A stretch of DNA of 64,000 bases from Rhina ancylostomus (lineage: Eukaryota): NCBI GenBank assembly GCA_030265395.1, contig JARFYF010000067.1, positions 12,287,607 through 12,351,606 of the forward strand, read 5' to 3'. Positions within the stretch are counted from its first letter, which is position 1; every line of letters begins with the position of its first letter. Of the stretch, positions 12,801 to 25,512 are shown one piece after another. The notes under the pieces were generated by a model that did no database searches, had not been told where the DNA came from, and worked only from the letters and a program-made list of their open reading frames with translations. The position numbers and the translations under genes were made by a program.

Positions 12801-13298
12801 TTGGACTGATCCCATTCAGTGGTGAATCTCTCTCTCTCTCTCTCCTATCAAGATTCTTTGTGACCACAATCCTTTGGCGCTGCTGTTCCACACACTGTAT
12901 TGGGATCAGCTTCCCATGGGCACCCAATTTCACTTTTGGCTTTTACTACTGCTTCTGTGCCTAATATTTTAAATTTCATTTGTTTGTCTTTTGTCAAATG
13001 AAGCTGATTTCATAAATGCTACTACACACACAAAGAAATGCACTTTTATACCACAGTTAAAAACTGTCTGCACAATCTTTGGAACAAAAAAAAACGAAGG
13101 CAGAAACATAAGGAAAAAAAATACATGTTTAGAAGAACATAATGAGGTATAAAAAAGTAGGTCTCTTGTGTAATGATTTCCTCTCTTTCTCGTGTATTTT
13201 TTTTCGTGTTGAGTTGCTATAAAGTTCCACTACTTGTAATATTGCAACAACCAGGCCTTGGGAAGGGGCTGTTCCCATTGCAGGAGTTCACATCACTT
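9835..13298 (-). other. RBFOX2: Probable RBFOX2 3' UTR
   Basis: Follows the stop codon, lacks recognisable transposons, is U-rich on the sense strand and ends at tandem AATAAA. The distal boundary is inferred. Confidence 0.65.
9854..9878 (-). terminator. Candidate polyadenylation signals (AATAAA at 9873-9878 and 9854-9859)
   Basis: Two AATAAA on the minus strand followed by GU-rich tgcatgtatttgtg; another AATAAA at 10292-10297. Confidence 0.55.
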
Positions 13299-13343
13299 TT
13301 AGTAGGGAGCAAAACGACTGTATCCACCTCNNNNNNNNNNNNN
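13299..13343 (-). CDS. RBFOX2: RBFOX2 terminal coding exon, ...(R)GGYSRFAPY* (PY-type NLS); first ~13 nt fall in an N gap
   Basis: GA GGT GGA TAC AGT CGT TTT GCT CCC TAC TAA read at 13330-13299. Polypyrimidine tract lies just above the 21-N gap. The 13343 boundary is inferred by assuming the usual ASLYR peptide. Confidence 0.92.
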   Translation of the reverse strand, partial: XXXXXGGYSRFAPY

Positions 13344-14254
13344 NNNNNNNNGAAAAAGAACAGTATGTAAGGCGAAGTAAAAGCATAATTTAACGTTTAC
13401 ATGTGGTACAGGCATTAGACGCTCATCTCTTAGCTTCAAATTCCAGAGGCTTGAGCTTGAAGATCTAGACTGGTAGCCTCACTGGTACTAGTGCAGTACT
13501 TCCCAGTACCTGTAAACAATACCATGGCACTATTTAAAACGCAAGAATATACTCCAGGTGTCCTGGCCACCCCTCAATCAACATTACTGGAACAGATTAT
13601 CCAGTCATTATTATATTGCTGTTTGTAGGATCTTGTTGCAAAGGGTCATCAATGGTCACATATGAAATGGAGTTTCTTGTATTTGAAAGGAAATTTTACT
13701 CTCTCATTTGCCATTGATACAAGGTGCCAATTTTCCCATAAAACCAGCAGACTGTAGAGGAGGTGTCTGGAACTCCCCAGATTAGGAAACGTCTTGAAAA
13801 ATCTTGGAGAGGCCAGTGATTACTGTGCAGCTGGAAACAGGTGCCTCTTCAGGTGCTGCAGGTCGCCAATAGCTGAACACAGGAGGCAGGACCCAATGCC
13901 CTTTGTGGTTCCGTCCAGANNNNNNNNNNNNNNNNNNNNNNNNNNNNNNNNNNNNNNNNNNNNNNNNNNNNNNNNNNNNNNNNNNNNNNNNNNNNNNNNN
14001 NNNNNNNNNNNNNNNNNNNNNNNNNNNNNNNNNNNNNNNNNNNNNNNNNNNNNNNNNNNNNNNNNNNNNNNNNNNNNNNNNNNNNNNNNNNNNNNNNNNN
14101 NNNNNNTCCACATCTATTTGACTATATTCTTTCCTGATTCCCCTCATCTCCCCCAGGATTCTACCACTCACCTACACACCAGGGGCAATTTACTACTTGT
14201 CTTTGGGTTGGTGGAGGAAAGTGGAGCACCTGGAGCAACTCAACATGCTCAAAA

Positions 14255-15215
14255 GAACATCCAAATATAGCTATTTGTCATTTATATTAATGATTTGGAT
14301 GAGAATGTACAAGGCATGGCAGATGGTAAGTTTGCAGATGGCACTAAAATTGTACACAGTGAAAATGGTTATCAGGATTTACAGGGGGATTTTGATCAGC
14401 TGGATAAGTGGGCTGAGGAATGGCAAATGGAGTTTAATTCTAATGCAAGGTGTCACATTTTGGGAAGACAAATGAGGGTAAGACTTTCACAGTAAACGAT
14501 AAGACCTAGGGAGTGTTCTAGAAGCAAGGGACCTAGGAGTACAAGTACATGGTTCCCTGAAAGTGGTGTCACAGGTAGACAGGGTGGTGAAGGCAGCTTT
14601 TGGCATGCTGGCCTTCATCAGTCAGGGCACTGAGCATAGAAGTTGGGATGTTATGCTGCAGTTGTACAAGACACTGGTGAGGCTGCATTTGGAATGCTGT
14701 GTTTAGCTATGGCCGCTCTGCTATAGGAAAGATGCCATTAAGCTAGAATGAATGCAGATGAGATTTACATTGATGTTGCTGAGATTCAAGGGACTGAGTT
14801 AGGGAGAGAGGTTTAATAGGTTGGGACTTTATTCATTGGAGTGTAGGACACCGAGGGGTGATCTTATAAGTGTACAAAATCATGAGGGGCATAGACAGGG
14901 TGAATGAATAGTCTTTTTCCAAGGTTGGGGAATCAAAAACTAGAGGACAGAGTTTAGGTTGAGAAAGTTAATAGCAACCTGAGGAGCAACTTTTTCACTC
15001 AGAGGGTTGTCAGTATATGGAATGAGCTGTTGAAGGAAGTGGCTGAGGCAGATACATTAACAACAATTTAAAAGGAACTTGGCTGGGTACATGGAAAGGA
15101 AAAGGTTTTAGAGGGATATGGGCCAAACACGGGCAAATGGGACTAGCTTAGATGGGAATCTTGGTCGGCATGGATGAGTTGGGCTGAAGGTCCTGTTCCC
15201 ATGCTGTAAAACTCT
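14255..15215 (+). mobile_element. CR1 LINE, RT C-terminus to 3' end
   Basis: KFADGTKI...QDLQGDFDQLDKWAEEWQMEFN (ORF 14295..14495), RDLGVQV, LYKTLVR.HLE, NFFTQRVVSIWNEL. Confidence 0.92.
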
Positions 15216-18009
15216 GTTTCCTGATGTGCTGAGCATTTCCAGCATTTTCTATCTTTTTGAACTGCTGTATCAAAAAGAAAGGAGAAAGTAGACCCATCTC
15301 CACTATGACCTAGTTGGCGATAGTGTCTTCCAGCTTACACCAACCAAATTTGACTGTTTATACTGAGTTACTCAGTTAGGGAAGTGGTGGGGAAAATTTG
15401 GATAGCGAAGGAAAAACATATTTAAAAACAATCAGCCTAATTTAATAGCCTTTATTATTTAAAGCTTTTTGGAAGAATACTTGCAAAGGTATGACAAGCA
15501 ATGCACAATTGTATATGATCTGATTGCTTGGTAGTATTCACTACTTATACTCCGGAAAGTTGCTGGGCAGATGATGGACAAGTGCTGCTGATCATGAGCC
15601 ACCACCAGAGCAAATTTGTAATAAATGGTGAATCCACACGCAAGCAGTCTGGCTTGACCAGACTTTGCCAACAACAGACTTGATATTTTATTTGGACAAA
15701 TGCATGGTGAGCAGAACGGAACTTTTTTTTAAATAAGAAAACTGAGCAGGAATTTGAAACTTGTTTGCATCTTAAACCTGCAGACACACCTAACATTCAT
15801 TTCAAAACTGCTTATAAATCCTTTGCTGACCCCACCTCTCAACTCAAATACACACTGTATGACACTCAACTTGTGCTTTGCTTATTTCTGTCTGTTTTGA
15901 GACCACTTTTCAATTGCTGACACTATTTGGTGAACTAGAAACTCTGTAAATTAGGAAAAATGGAACAGAACATACACGATGTGAATTTTCATTGCCAAAT
16001 GGCATAAAATTGATATCTCAGTAAATTTTGTCACCCCAGCTTTTTATTTGATTGGATGGATAGGTTACAGAAGATTTCAAGCATTGAAAAAAATATCCCA
16101 GGGCTTACTGTGATAGAAGAGGCTGTTGGGATAAACCGGTAAGATGCAGAGGTAATAGTTTGCACACTGCATGTTTAAGTTTTTGCAGCATCTGCCTCAG
16201 CACTCCAGGCCCAGGGAAGAAACAGTCTTCTCACAGCTCGTCATTAACAAATGCTCAGATTAGAAAGTGCCTTCGTACATGTCAAATGAGGACAAGGCTC
16301 AGACTAGGTTGTGGGTGCCTGCCATGTTTGAATAGCCTAGAGACGCTTGCTGCCTGGAGTTAATGACTGGGGCCATTAAACGTAAACAGATAGGCACAAA
16401 ATTTGCAATTTCAAGAGAGAAACTATCTTATAATCTACTTGCATTAAAGGGAAGCTCCAGGAACTATACCAACTGCACAGAAAAGTGCAAGGAATGATTG
16501 TTATACCTGACCTACAAATGAAAACTATGGCCACCTTCTCTGCAGTGTAGCTTGGAATGTCTTGCCTAATTTCTAGCTTGAGTGTTGCTGTTTTAAAAGA
16601 ATCCTTGATTGAACGTTGAGGGACAGAGGCTGACAGGACATTTCTTCCTGGGCTTTTGTCTTACTCAATCTCATCTCAGGTCAACACATTCAGGAGATCT
16701 CCCATATCAATTAAAACTATCAGAAAAAACATAGGAGACCTTAGGTAGGAAACCCAATTGCCCTGCTCCGTGACCTGATGTTTCATGCCGCATGAACAGC
16801 TGGTTCATTGTTCATTCAGCTTGTGCTCAACCAGGAAAGTTAAAATGAAGTTAATAAAGGAATCAGTAAAGAACGGAAGGCATGCCTGTGAGAAGTTCTC
16901 AGGCCTGGTAAGTTTGATTTTGGTAGGTGTGGAGAGAAGCAGAAGTAAACATTTTATTCCAGGCCACCCCATCAATCAGCAGTACANNNNNNNNNNNNNN
17001 NNNNNNNTAGCTGCATTAACCATCAAAAACTAATCAATCACTTTAATTGAACTTAGCGCCTATACATATGTTCCAGAGATTTGTTGATCAGATAGTGTGA
17101 GTGGGCACAATCTCACCGATATGGTGAAATTAAAACGTTTCTCAGGTTTCCTGATAATGCTAACAGCACGAGTGTGTCTGGAGACAGATTCAATTAAAGA
17201 GGATGGATGGAGTCCAGGAAACAGGCACATGAAATCTGAACGATTTCATGCCGATTGTATATCACCTTCCCACTTCCCAGAGAGCTCCACACCAACACCA
17301 GAGAGGTGGTTGCTTTTACTAGTCCAAATGCCACAATAATTTTCTCAACCACACTGATTAAAAGATTTCAAATAAAAAAAACTATTTTCTTGGTATCTCC
17401 ACATTCTGAAGAATATGACCATGTATGTAGCTTTGTCACAAAATATTCACCAACACCATGATTCAACATGTACTGACCTGCACACAAAATTCCAGGATTA
17501 ATCCCCAGCCTGTGCTCATTGGCTTATTTCAGTTAAGGGAAGAACTGATTCAGTGTGCAGTTCTGGAAGGAGGAAAGATCAGACAGGGATCCCATTCCTA
17601 ATGGCTTTCCATTTTCTCTAACATGAGAAGTGGATATCACAGTTATTTCGGGAGAGCAAAATTAGGCTCTGGTATTACATTCCCATACCCAAATAATCCA
17701 CAAACCTCCATCATTTGAGATCGTACATAGAGAATAGCCTTTTGTTAAAGGTATTGGAACTGTGCTCCATTAAAAACATTACATAGAGGATATATAGAGC
17801 AAGAGAAATAACATTCCACTAGCATGTTAGTTCATTAAAGTGCTGTGCAAACTACCATCTCAACTGCTGCACCAGCTTACTTTGGGTAGTGTAGTTTAGT
17901 GATTATAGTATTTATATCCACTCTCAACAAAGACAGACATCGAACTGTGAAATTCACCATTGCCTTCAGTGCAACAACAAAGCTTTTGGCCACCTGAAGA
18001 AAAAGACAT

Positions 18010-18600
18010 TTTATGATCAAGACCTCAAATCCAATACATGGCTTATTTGTCCACTGGGCACTTCCTGTATAGTTCTGATTCAGAGATTATCGACAGCAGG
18101 CACCTCAAAACACCGGAAAGGTTCACGATTTTGGAAACATCCTCCAAATCTACTGGCAGGATGTGAACCCACATCAGCATTCTCTCGTGGGCCAACGCCC
18201 CCGTGACTGAGGCTCTAATTACACTCAGCCAATTTTGATGAGTGGGCTACATTGTTTGCATCCCCAATACCACACTCTTGAAACAGACGTTCCACTCAGA
18301 GCTCTGTTACAGCAATAGATCACCAGATGGGCAAGAGTGAACGATTCAAGATTCCTTCTTCTAAAAGTGTAATATGACCAGTGGGAATCCCTGGTTCACA
18401 CTTGCTCAAAATGGAGCAGCAGCATTCTGGGTGGCAATGGGATCCTTGAGTTTCTTTCTCAGAAACAAAGAAGCCCAGCGCAACCAGGTAGCACCCTCCA
18501 AGCCACCCACCACCTGCTTCGTCAAGCACCTCCTGCCCACCTGTGGCAGAAGATGCAGGTCCCACTTTGCCTCATTAACCACCTTGGAATCCACAGAACT
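18010..18600 (+). mobile_element. Degraded RTE-like LINE 3' fragment
   Basis: Residual W.G.IV and GQE.RFKD motifs plus a terminal C..CGRRC.SH..L..H zinc-knuckle-like motif. Confidence 0.55.
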
Positions 18601-19373
18601 GATGATTTAACTACCCAAAAAAGTTATGTAAAAAATAAAAGTGCTCAAGGTGGATTCAAATGGGGTGTAGGTCTGAAACTGAGGTACTAAGAAGATATTT
18701 GCTGAAGTCAACTCTCATCAAGGCAAGTTGTGAAACTGAATTTACTGAATCTGTTCAAACTAGAAAAGCTGTGAAATCAGAGTTTCTCCTCTTCCAAATC
18801 ACCACCATGCACTTCCTCAAGTCCAACCATATTCTTTTCTTATTTCAGATCATTGCTCCATATTCAGTTTTCTTTCTTTCCTAAGGTCCTTGAATTTGAC
18901 CAAGTCAGCAATCACCTTGCCTGGAATTCCACATTTCAGTCTTCAATCAGCAATGAAAATGTCCTCAATACCCTGATATTGGGCATCTTGCATTTTCCTC
19001 TATGAATCTCTCGATGGCTTACAACAGGATTTACCACACCCACCTCTTCCAATGTCTCTTCTTGGTTGTGACGCTTCGTGGGTCTGCTTCCATGTCGTTC
19101 CAACTTTGCCCGCCTGATTATAGTCTGAGCATTTGCTGCAATGGCTGACCTTTCAGTTATTGCAGGGCCACACGTACAGTCATCCCACCCAGCAGCTCTC
19201 TCTAGCCCCTTGTTGCATTCTCTGCCCTCCAGGTCTCCTCTCAGTTTTTGATCACCTCTTTTGGCTTGGTACCCGTTCTACCCTATTATAATTCTGTAAT
19301 GTATTTTATGTTAAAGATGATAATAAATTCACCATTTTGTTTTTTAAAGAAACAAGTATAACAGTTGACTTAC

Positions 19374-19446
19374 CACAGCGCTGACTCCATAAGTAGGTGC
19401 AGGAGCAAGTGTGTGATAGGGATCTGCCGTGTAAACACGCCCATAG
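19374..19446 (-). CDS. RBFOX2: RBFOX2 exon, 73 nt, (S)[24 protein letters not shown]
   Basis: ctttttccag|CTATGG...GCTGTG|gtaagt; phase 2-0. Confidence 0.97.
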
Positions 19447-21159
19447 CTGGAAAAAGAAGAGAAAATCAGTTACGATATAAAAACAGAAGTGCATCGATTT
19501 TGTGGTAATAAACCAAGAACAGAGAACAAGAGTCTTTTTTCCACTTTGTTAATCCGTTCATCAAACAGTAATTCTATGACATGGTACAACTGACCTCAGG
19601 ACACTGGTTTGGTGAAAATTCCACCAAGATTCCTATTCTCAATTGTTACTAAATTAGGTTACTGGAAGGTGACTGAGGATAAGGCTGGTTTCAGCTTTGA
19701 TGCCTTACACTAAAAAGAAAGGCTACTGACGATCAAAGAAAAATGACCACTTAGTGAGGTACCAGAAGGTTCAAGAGCCAATTAAATTCCATGAGTCACC
19801 AACAGCAGAAATAGTTGTTCTCTCTCTACTCTGCAAATACTCAGTTTGACAGAGGCACATTGATATATTTTTTGACATGATAGAGGGAGAAAGAGACAAA
19901 GGCAGAGGGGGAAAAATGTGAATACTTCAAACCCCTCCACGACCCCTCAGGAAACTTGACTGTTTCCACCATATTGGACATATGATATCTTATTTTGAGA
20001 AACGCCTTATTTCTCAAAAGGAACATGTCAAACTGCTTATAATGCCATGAGTTACACAGTCAATGCACAAGATAATATTGGATACAGTCTTCAATAAGTT
20101 ATTTTATTAATTCCTTCACATATGATTCACTGAAAATGTACTTGAGAAATCACAGGTAAACTTCTAGAAGAGCTCTTGACCAAGTAGAAAAGTTTTATAT
20201 CTGAAAGACAGCAAGACTAAAGAACATGTTGTGCCATTCAATTGAACCATTTTTGCATGGAATCTACCCGCTCTATTGCTGGAAAGCTGGATATAAAAAA
20301 TTGACAAGATATCGGTAGTGTTGATTTTTGTTTTCTGCATTTACTAAGATATAGATACAGAATTGGGAAAAGAAAACAAGATAAAAATGCAGTTTACTTT
20401 CAAGATGGATCAGATAGGCTGTTTCATTATTGCTTGCAATTCATTTGTCTTTCAATTTGATTCAATTTGGAATTGTAAAACTTTCTGCTCTAGAAATGGA
20501 CAGAAATCTTTAAATATAAGAGCATAAGTAAAAAACACCCTAAAGAAAAAGAACACTGGATTTTATAAAGTTGTGTGTGTACCGAATTTAAAAACAAATA
20601 CTGGGAATTTGATGCTTCATGGAAGCATCTTGGCTAGTTTTTCAACATTAAACATGACCTTTTTTTGAATTTGTACAGAACATTGGTCAGGCTACGGATT
20701 GTGCACGGCATGGATTTCTGGGCACCCTATATAGAGCCATTGTTTGAATACAGTGAAGTTAAGAAAATTATCAGGAACGGTCTATTATAAGCACGAGCTC
20801 AACATTCATTTTTCCACTAGAATGAGGATGATTAATGGGGGATTTAATGAAGATTTCAAAATATGAAAGGTTTTAAGAGGATGAAATGTGAAATGAACGG
20901 CTCCCTGGCTAGCAAATTAGGAATAAACTGATAAATAGGATTAACAGGAGGGGTTGCAATCACACCAGTTATAGACCATGTAACATTATAGCTCTGCTTT
21001 AATAGCACTACAGTAGTCATATATACAAGACTTTGTTAAGTATTTAAGAATTGGAGAAAGGGCTCATTTTACCAAGCTCCAGGTGAAGCGATGCTATTAG
21101 CAAAGATGCAGGAGGTGAAAAGGCCTTGATTATTACAATTTATTCATTTTTCCTATAAC

Positions 21160-21465
21160 ATTGGAGGCCATCATTTGGCCCATGTCTGCATTAGCTGTCA
21201 GATAAATTCCATCAATCCCATTCCCCCACTTATTTCCCTGTAAACTATTCTCTCTCACATCTCCTACAACCCACCAATATTAACATAATTTACAGTAGCC
21301 AATTAATCTTCCAACCAGCATGTCTTGTGGGAGGAAACTAAAGCACTGTGGGGAAACACATGCAGTCATAGGGAGAACATTCAAACTCTACACAGACAGC
21401 ACCAGAAGTCAGGGTGGAACTGGAGTCATTAGAGCTGTATGCCATCAGCACTACTGCTGCCCACC
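21160..21465 (-). mobile_element. V-SINE (HE1-like)
   Basis: Reverse complement of V-core: gtgtagagtttgaatgttctccctatgactgcatgtgtttcc...tttcctcccaca. Confidence 0.8.
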
Positions 21466-22783
21466 TATGTTATTCGGAAGAAAAGGGAATCAGTAAACAA
21501 TGACAACAAGATACTTTTCACAAAGTGGGGGCCAAGTAATATTAGAAACCTTTAAAACAGCATTTTTCTGTAAGGTCTGTGCATTGGTTAAAAGATAATC
21601 TAAGGGGATTTTGGGTTGACTGTATCCAATCAATCATCTGCTGCACTGGCTGTGTAATTTATAGCATATAAACAACTTGACATGTTCCTTTTGAGATATA
21701 AGGGAATTTCTCAAAATAAGAAATTACATGTCCAAAATAGTGTAAACAGTCACGTTTCCAAAGCCTACAAAATAACAGAACCTTTCTGTTCCCATTGTCT
21801 GGTTACTCTACCATTGCTGTTGCAATCAACAATCCAACACACCAAGCACGTTTCTCCTTGATCTTCATCTGAAAGAAGCTCAATTAACAAGAACGAAGTA
21901 AATCAGAATCCTCTCCCAAATACTGCCAAAAATCTAGACAGTCATCTACTGTCCACCAGTGAAGCAGTGAGGACATGTTATTACAAGGTGTTGGGCACGG
22001 TTATAAAAAGAAGATATTTTTGTTTAAAATGCCTGCCTGGTTTGATTTTATCTCAGATTTTCAAATTTTGGCTAATGGAGAAGGGATAGGACAGCCATTA
22101 AAGAGCACAAATAGTGCCTGCCAGCAGTGACAGTGGATTCCATTTCATAATGCCATTCCTGAATAGATGGAAGACTTTGTTGGTGGCACTTTATAACCTT
22201 CCAGCTGCACTTTAGCTTGCTCATCAATAGGCTCCCAGGCAAGGGATTCAGCAGTAAGACTTTGTTAGTTGAGAAAGGCAAAGCAATGACTACTGCCAGT
22301 GGAACAAATATCCCATTGGACAATCTCTTTAGCAAGAGTAAGTAGGAAGAAAAATAATCACAAAACAGTTGAGAGAAATAACACATCTTAAATGTGCCTT
22401 TGCCCCTTCTGGTACTTTTTTTGTTTTTATGACTTTGACCTGACAGTAATTTTATTCTAATGGTTAGGTGATGAAGAATGACACTGTCTCAGCATAATAT
22501 GCAGTGTCGTTGGTTCATTCACTAATGGACAATCCATACAAAGCACTCTCAGTAATGCAATGTACATTACAACAACCTTTCATTAATCACAGAAATGATA
22601 CACTTTGTTTACAGCTCCTCAGCATAAAATGTTCCAAACTGGAAACTTCAGGCTGCAACTGCACCATGATATCACCCAGAAAAAGAAAGCTCAATGTGAC
22701 AGCAAAGGACGGATCCCTTCTGTGAAAAATGAAGACTTTAGAAGCAAACGATAACAAGAGGAAAGGGTAGACTTGGTACTTAC

Positions 22784-22848
22784 CTGTCACTGTATGCAGT
22801 AGCAGTAGCAGTTGCTGGCTGTGCATACCTATAGGCTGCATATCCACC
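22784..22848 (-). CDS. RBFOX2: RBFOX2 exon, 65 nt, GGYAAYRYAQPATATATAYSD(S)
   Basis: gttcccag|GGTGGA...GTGACAG|gtaagt; phase 0-2. Confidence 0.97.
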
Positions 22849-25169
22849 CTGGGAACAATCAAGAAAATATCTCAGAACACTGCAACATGCTCACACTACA
22901 CACCAATCAATGGGGGAAAACTGCATTTGTTTCATACATTACAAATTTTAATACAAAATTTGATGCATACACTATTGTTAGCAGTGCAGATTTTTGTGTT
23001 TTTTTACTGTTAGATTATCAGTGTAAAAAATCTTTAGTGACAACAATTTAAANNNNNNNNNNNNNNNNNNNNNNNNNNNNNNNNNNNNNNNNNNNNNNNN
23101 NNNNNNNNNNNNNNNNNNNNNNNNNNNNNNNNNNNNNNNNNNNNNNNNNNNNNNNNNNNNNNNNNNNNNNNNNNNNNNNNNNNNNNNNNNNNNNNNNNNN
23201 NNNNNNNNNNNNNNNNNNNNNNNNNNNNNNNNNNNNNNNNNNNNNNNNNNNNNNNNNNNNNNNNNATACTCTTCATCATAATGAAACTAATGCAGAATCT
23301 GGTTGGCATTTTTGCTGCTGGTAACAGGCTGTTGATTTTGATTCATTATATGGCTAAAGGAAAGGCAGATCCATCCATTTTAAGGTTAGATCATCCAAGT
23401 CAGCAGAAGATAGAGCCTTAAAGTGAAAAGAAAGACCAAGTGCTGCCAATCCTACTGGAATGCAATGAGGGAAAACAGAAATGAAGAGAGAAGGACAAGC
23501 TGTAAATTTCCATTCTCCAAGCACAACTCCCTCAGCAGCAACCTCACCCCCCAACTCTCTTCATAACACCTTGGCACAATTCAAGGATTGCAGTATCCCT
23601 CGTTTCCCCACCAAACTGTCCGGAAGCATCAACAGGCCAAGTGCAGTTGCCTTCACTGCCATTCTACCCAATATTAACCATTACACGTTGCTTTCATAAT
23701 CAGAACTCCTGGGGGCTGGGAGAAATTGCAGTCTGTTGAACAGGAAATGTCTAACAGATGTGCAAAACTAGAGCAGATTTTGAACCCTGCTAGGAATTTT
23801 ACTTTAGTAGCACTGCCAAAATGATGTGTTGTATAATTGCCATCTGTAGCCCAAGTTTAATAGATCATATTAAAACAAATGCAGTTTTAAAACATTAGAT
23901 TAAATATGCAGGTACAAATGAATCTTTATTTTCTAAACAGTCAAGCTGTGGTATCTGTCAATCAGGAGAAATTGTAGCATGCGAATGTCCGAATCTACAG
24001 CACTAGCAATCACCAACCAAATGATCCACAGACTAACTCTGGCCGTCCCAGCATTCTCCAGGGGACGGCCCTCAGCCCTATTTGCTATGGCAAGCCGAGT
24101 GAAGGAAACAGCCTGGATTACTAGAGCGTGCAGCCACAATTCTCAGTATTATGTATAAATGTATATATGAAAATATAATAAACATTCACGATCACCATTC
24201 ATTCATTGCAGCCTCTCCCGCATACCTAAGAGGTTAACGTTCACGTCAAGCAAACCACATTAAGAGTTCTTGCTGCAGTTAGAGGTGGGAGCTGAGATAC
24301 TAACCAAACTCTACAGCATATTTAATCAGGCATCTGTGGAAAATAGATTATTTATAGTGACTGCTTGCTAGGAATTAACTTTTTAAAAAAGCTTCATCAG
24401 CNNNNNNNNNNNNNNNNNNNNNNNNNNNNNNNNNNNNNNNNNNNNNNNNNNNNNNNNNNNNNNNNNNNNNNNNNNNNNNNNNNNNNNNNNNNNNNNNNNN
24501 NAAAAAGGTTTAATGAAACACTAATCTTGAATATATCTAACATTTATCTCCTTACTGATATAATCATGTTCGAAAAAATCATTTTACTTTTAACAATGAA
24601 TTTTATGAACTCTAGGTTCCATTGAAAGTGTAGTTCAGAGCAGATTATAATTATATAGAACTGGGAGGTGGAGATGATGAGGTAGAATCACTGCACTTGC
24701 TGAACAAATTTTGCGACTTTGATAGAAACGGTGTTGGAGTACACTTGCCTGATAGATAACTGAACCTTCTTCAAAGGGTAGAGAAATGCAGGAGCAGCAT
24801 TTTCATGGCTCAGTACATAAATAAATCAAATACAAATGCCCCAGCTTCACTTTCTAATCTGAGTTGTGTGAAAGGACCATGTGGGGAGGGGGAAGGAGGT
24901 GTCAAGTAAAGAGACAAATTGCTGGAATCACCTTCCACAAAGGAACATCAACAGGGACTGCTGCTCTTATGTTCTAAACAGTTGCAGGGGTATGTGGAGA
25001 GAAGCAGGAACTGGCTCAGTTAGTGAGTATGCCATAGGTGAATAGCCTCCTGGTATTCACTGCCTAGATTCACATGAAGTAAGCCATTTGTGTGAGGTGC
25101 TGAAGATTTAACAAAAGCACAAACTAGCAGAAGTCTGTGAAAAAGACAGAACAAGGGGAATATAGAGAG

Positions 25170-25512
25170 GGGGGTGCAATGGTACAGCTGGAAGACCTGT
25201 TGTCTCACACTTCCAATGATCCAGTTTGATCCTGACCTCCAGCACTGACTGTGTGGAGTTTGTACATTCTCCCTGCGATTACATGGGTTCCTCCAGATGC
25301 TCCAGTTTCCTCCCACACCCAAAGACATGTAGGTTGATCGATTAATTTGCCACTGTAAATTGTCCTTAGTGTGTAGGTGAGGGTTAAAATCTGGGGAGAG
25401 GGTGCTGTTGAAAGGAATGTAGGGAGGATAAAATGAGATTACATTAGTTTAATATGCATGATTGGTTAGCATTGACTTGGTGGGCAGAAGGGTCTGTTTC
25501 TGGGCTGTATGA
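25170..25512 (+). mobile_element. Near full-length V-SINE with CR1-derived tail
   Basis: tRNA-like head, V-core gtgtggagtttgtacattctccc...tccagtttcctcccacacccaaagac, tail gggcagaagggtctgtttctgggctgtatgac. Confidence 0.85.

Noticed and set aside
10092-14270. ORFs spanning N gaps (also near 23 kb, 24.4 kb, 51.3 kb and 59.1 kb)
   Set aside because: Their length is an artefact of undetermined bases.
22660-22719. Acceptor-like ttcatttttcacag just downstream of the 65-nt exon (possible A53-like exon)
   Set aside because: The implied intron is only 64 nt, there is no good donor, and there is no similarity to RBFOX1 A53.
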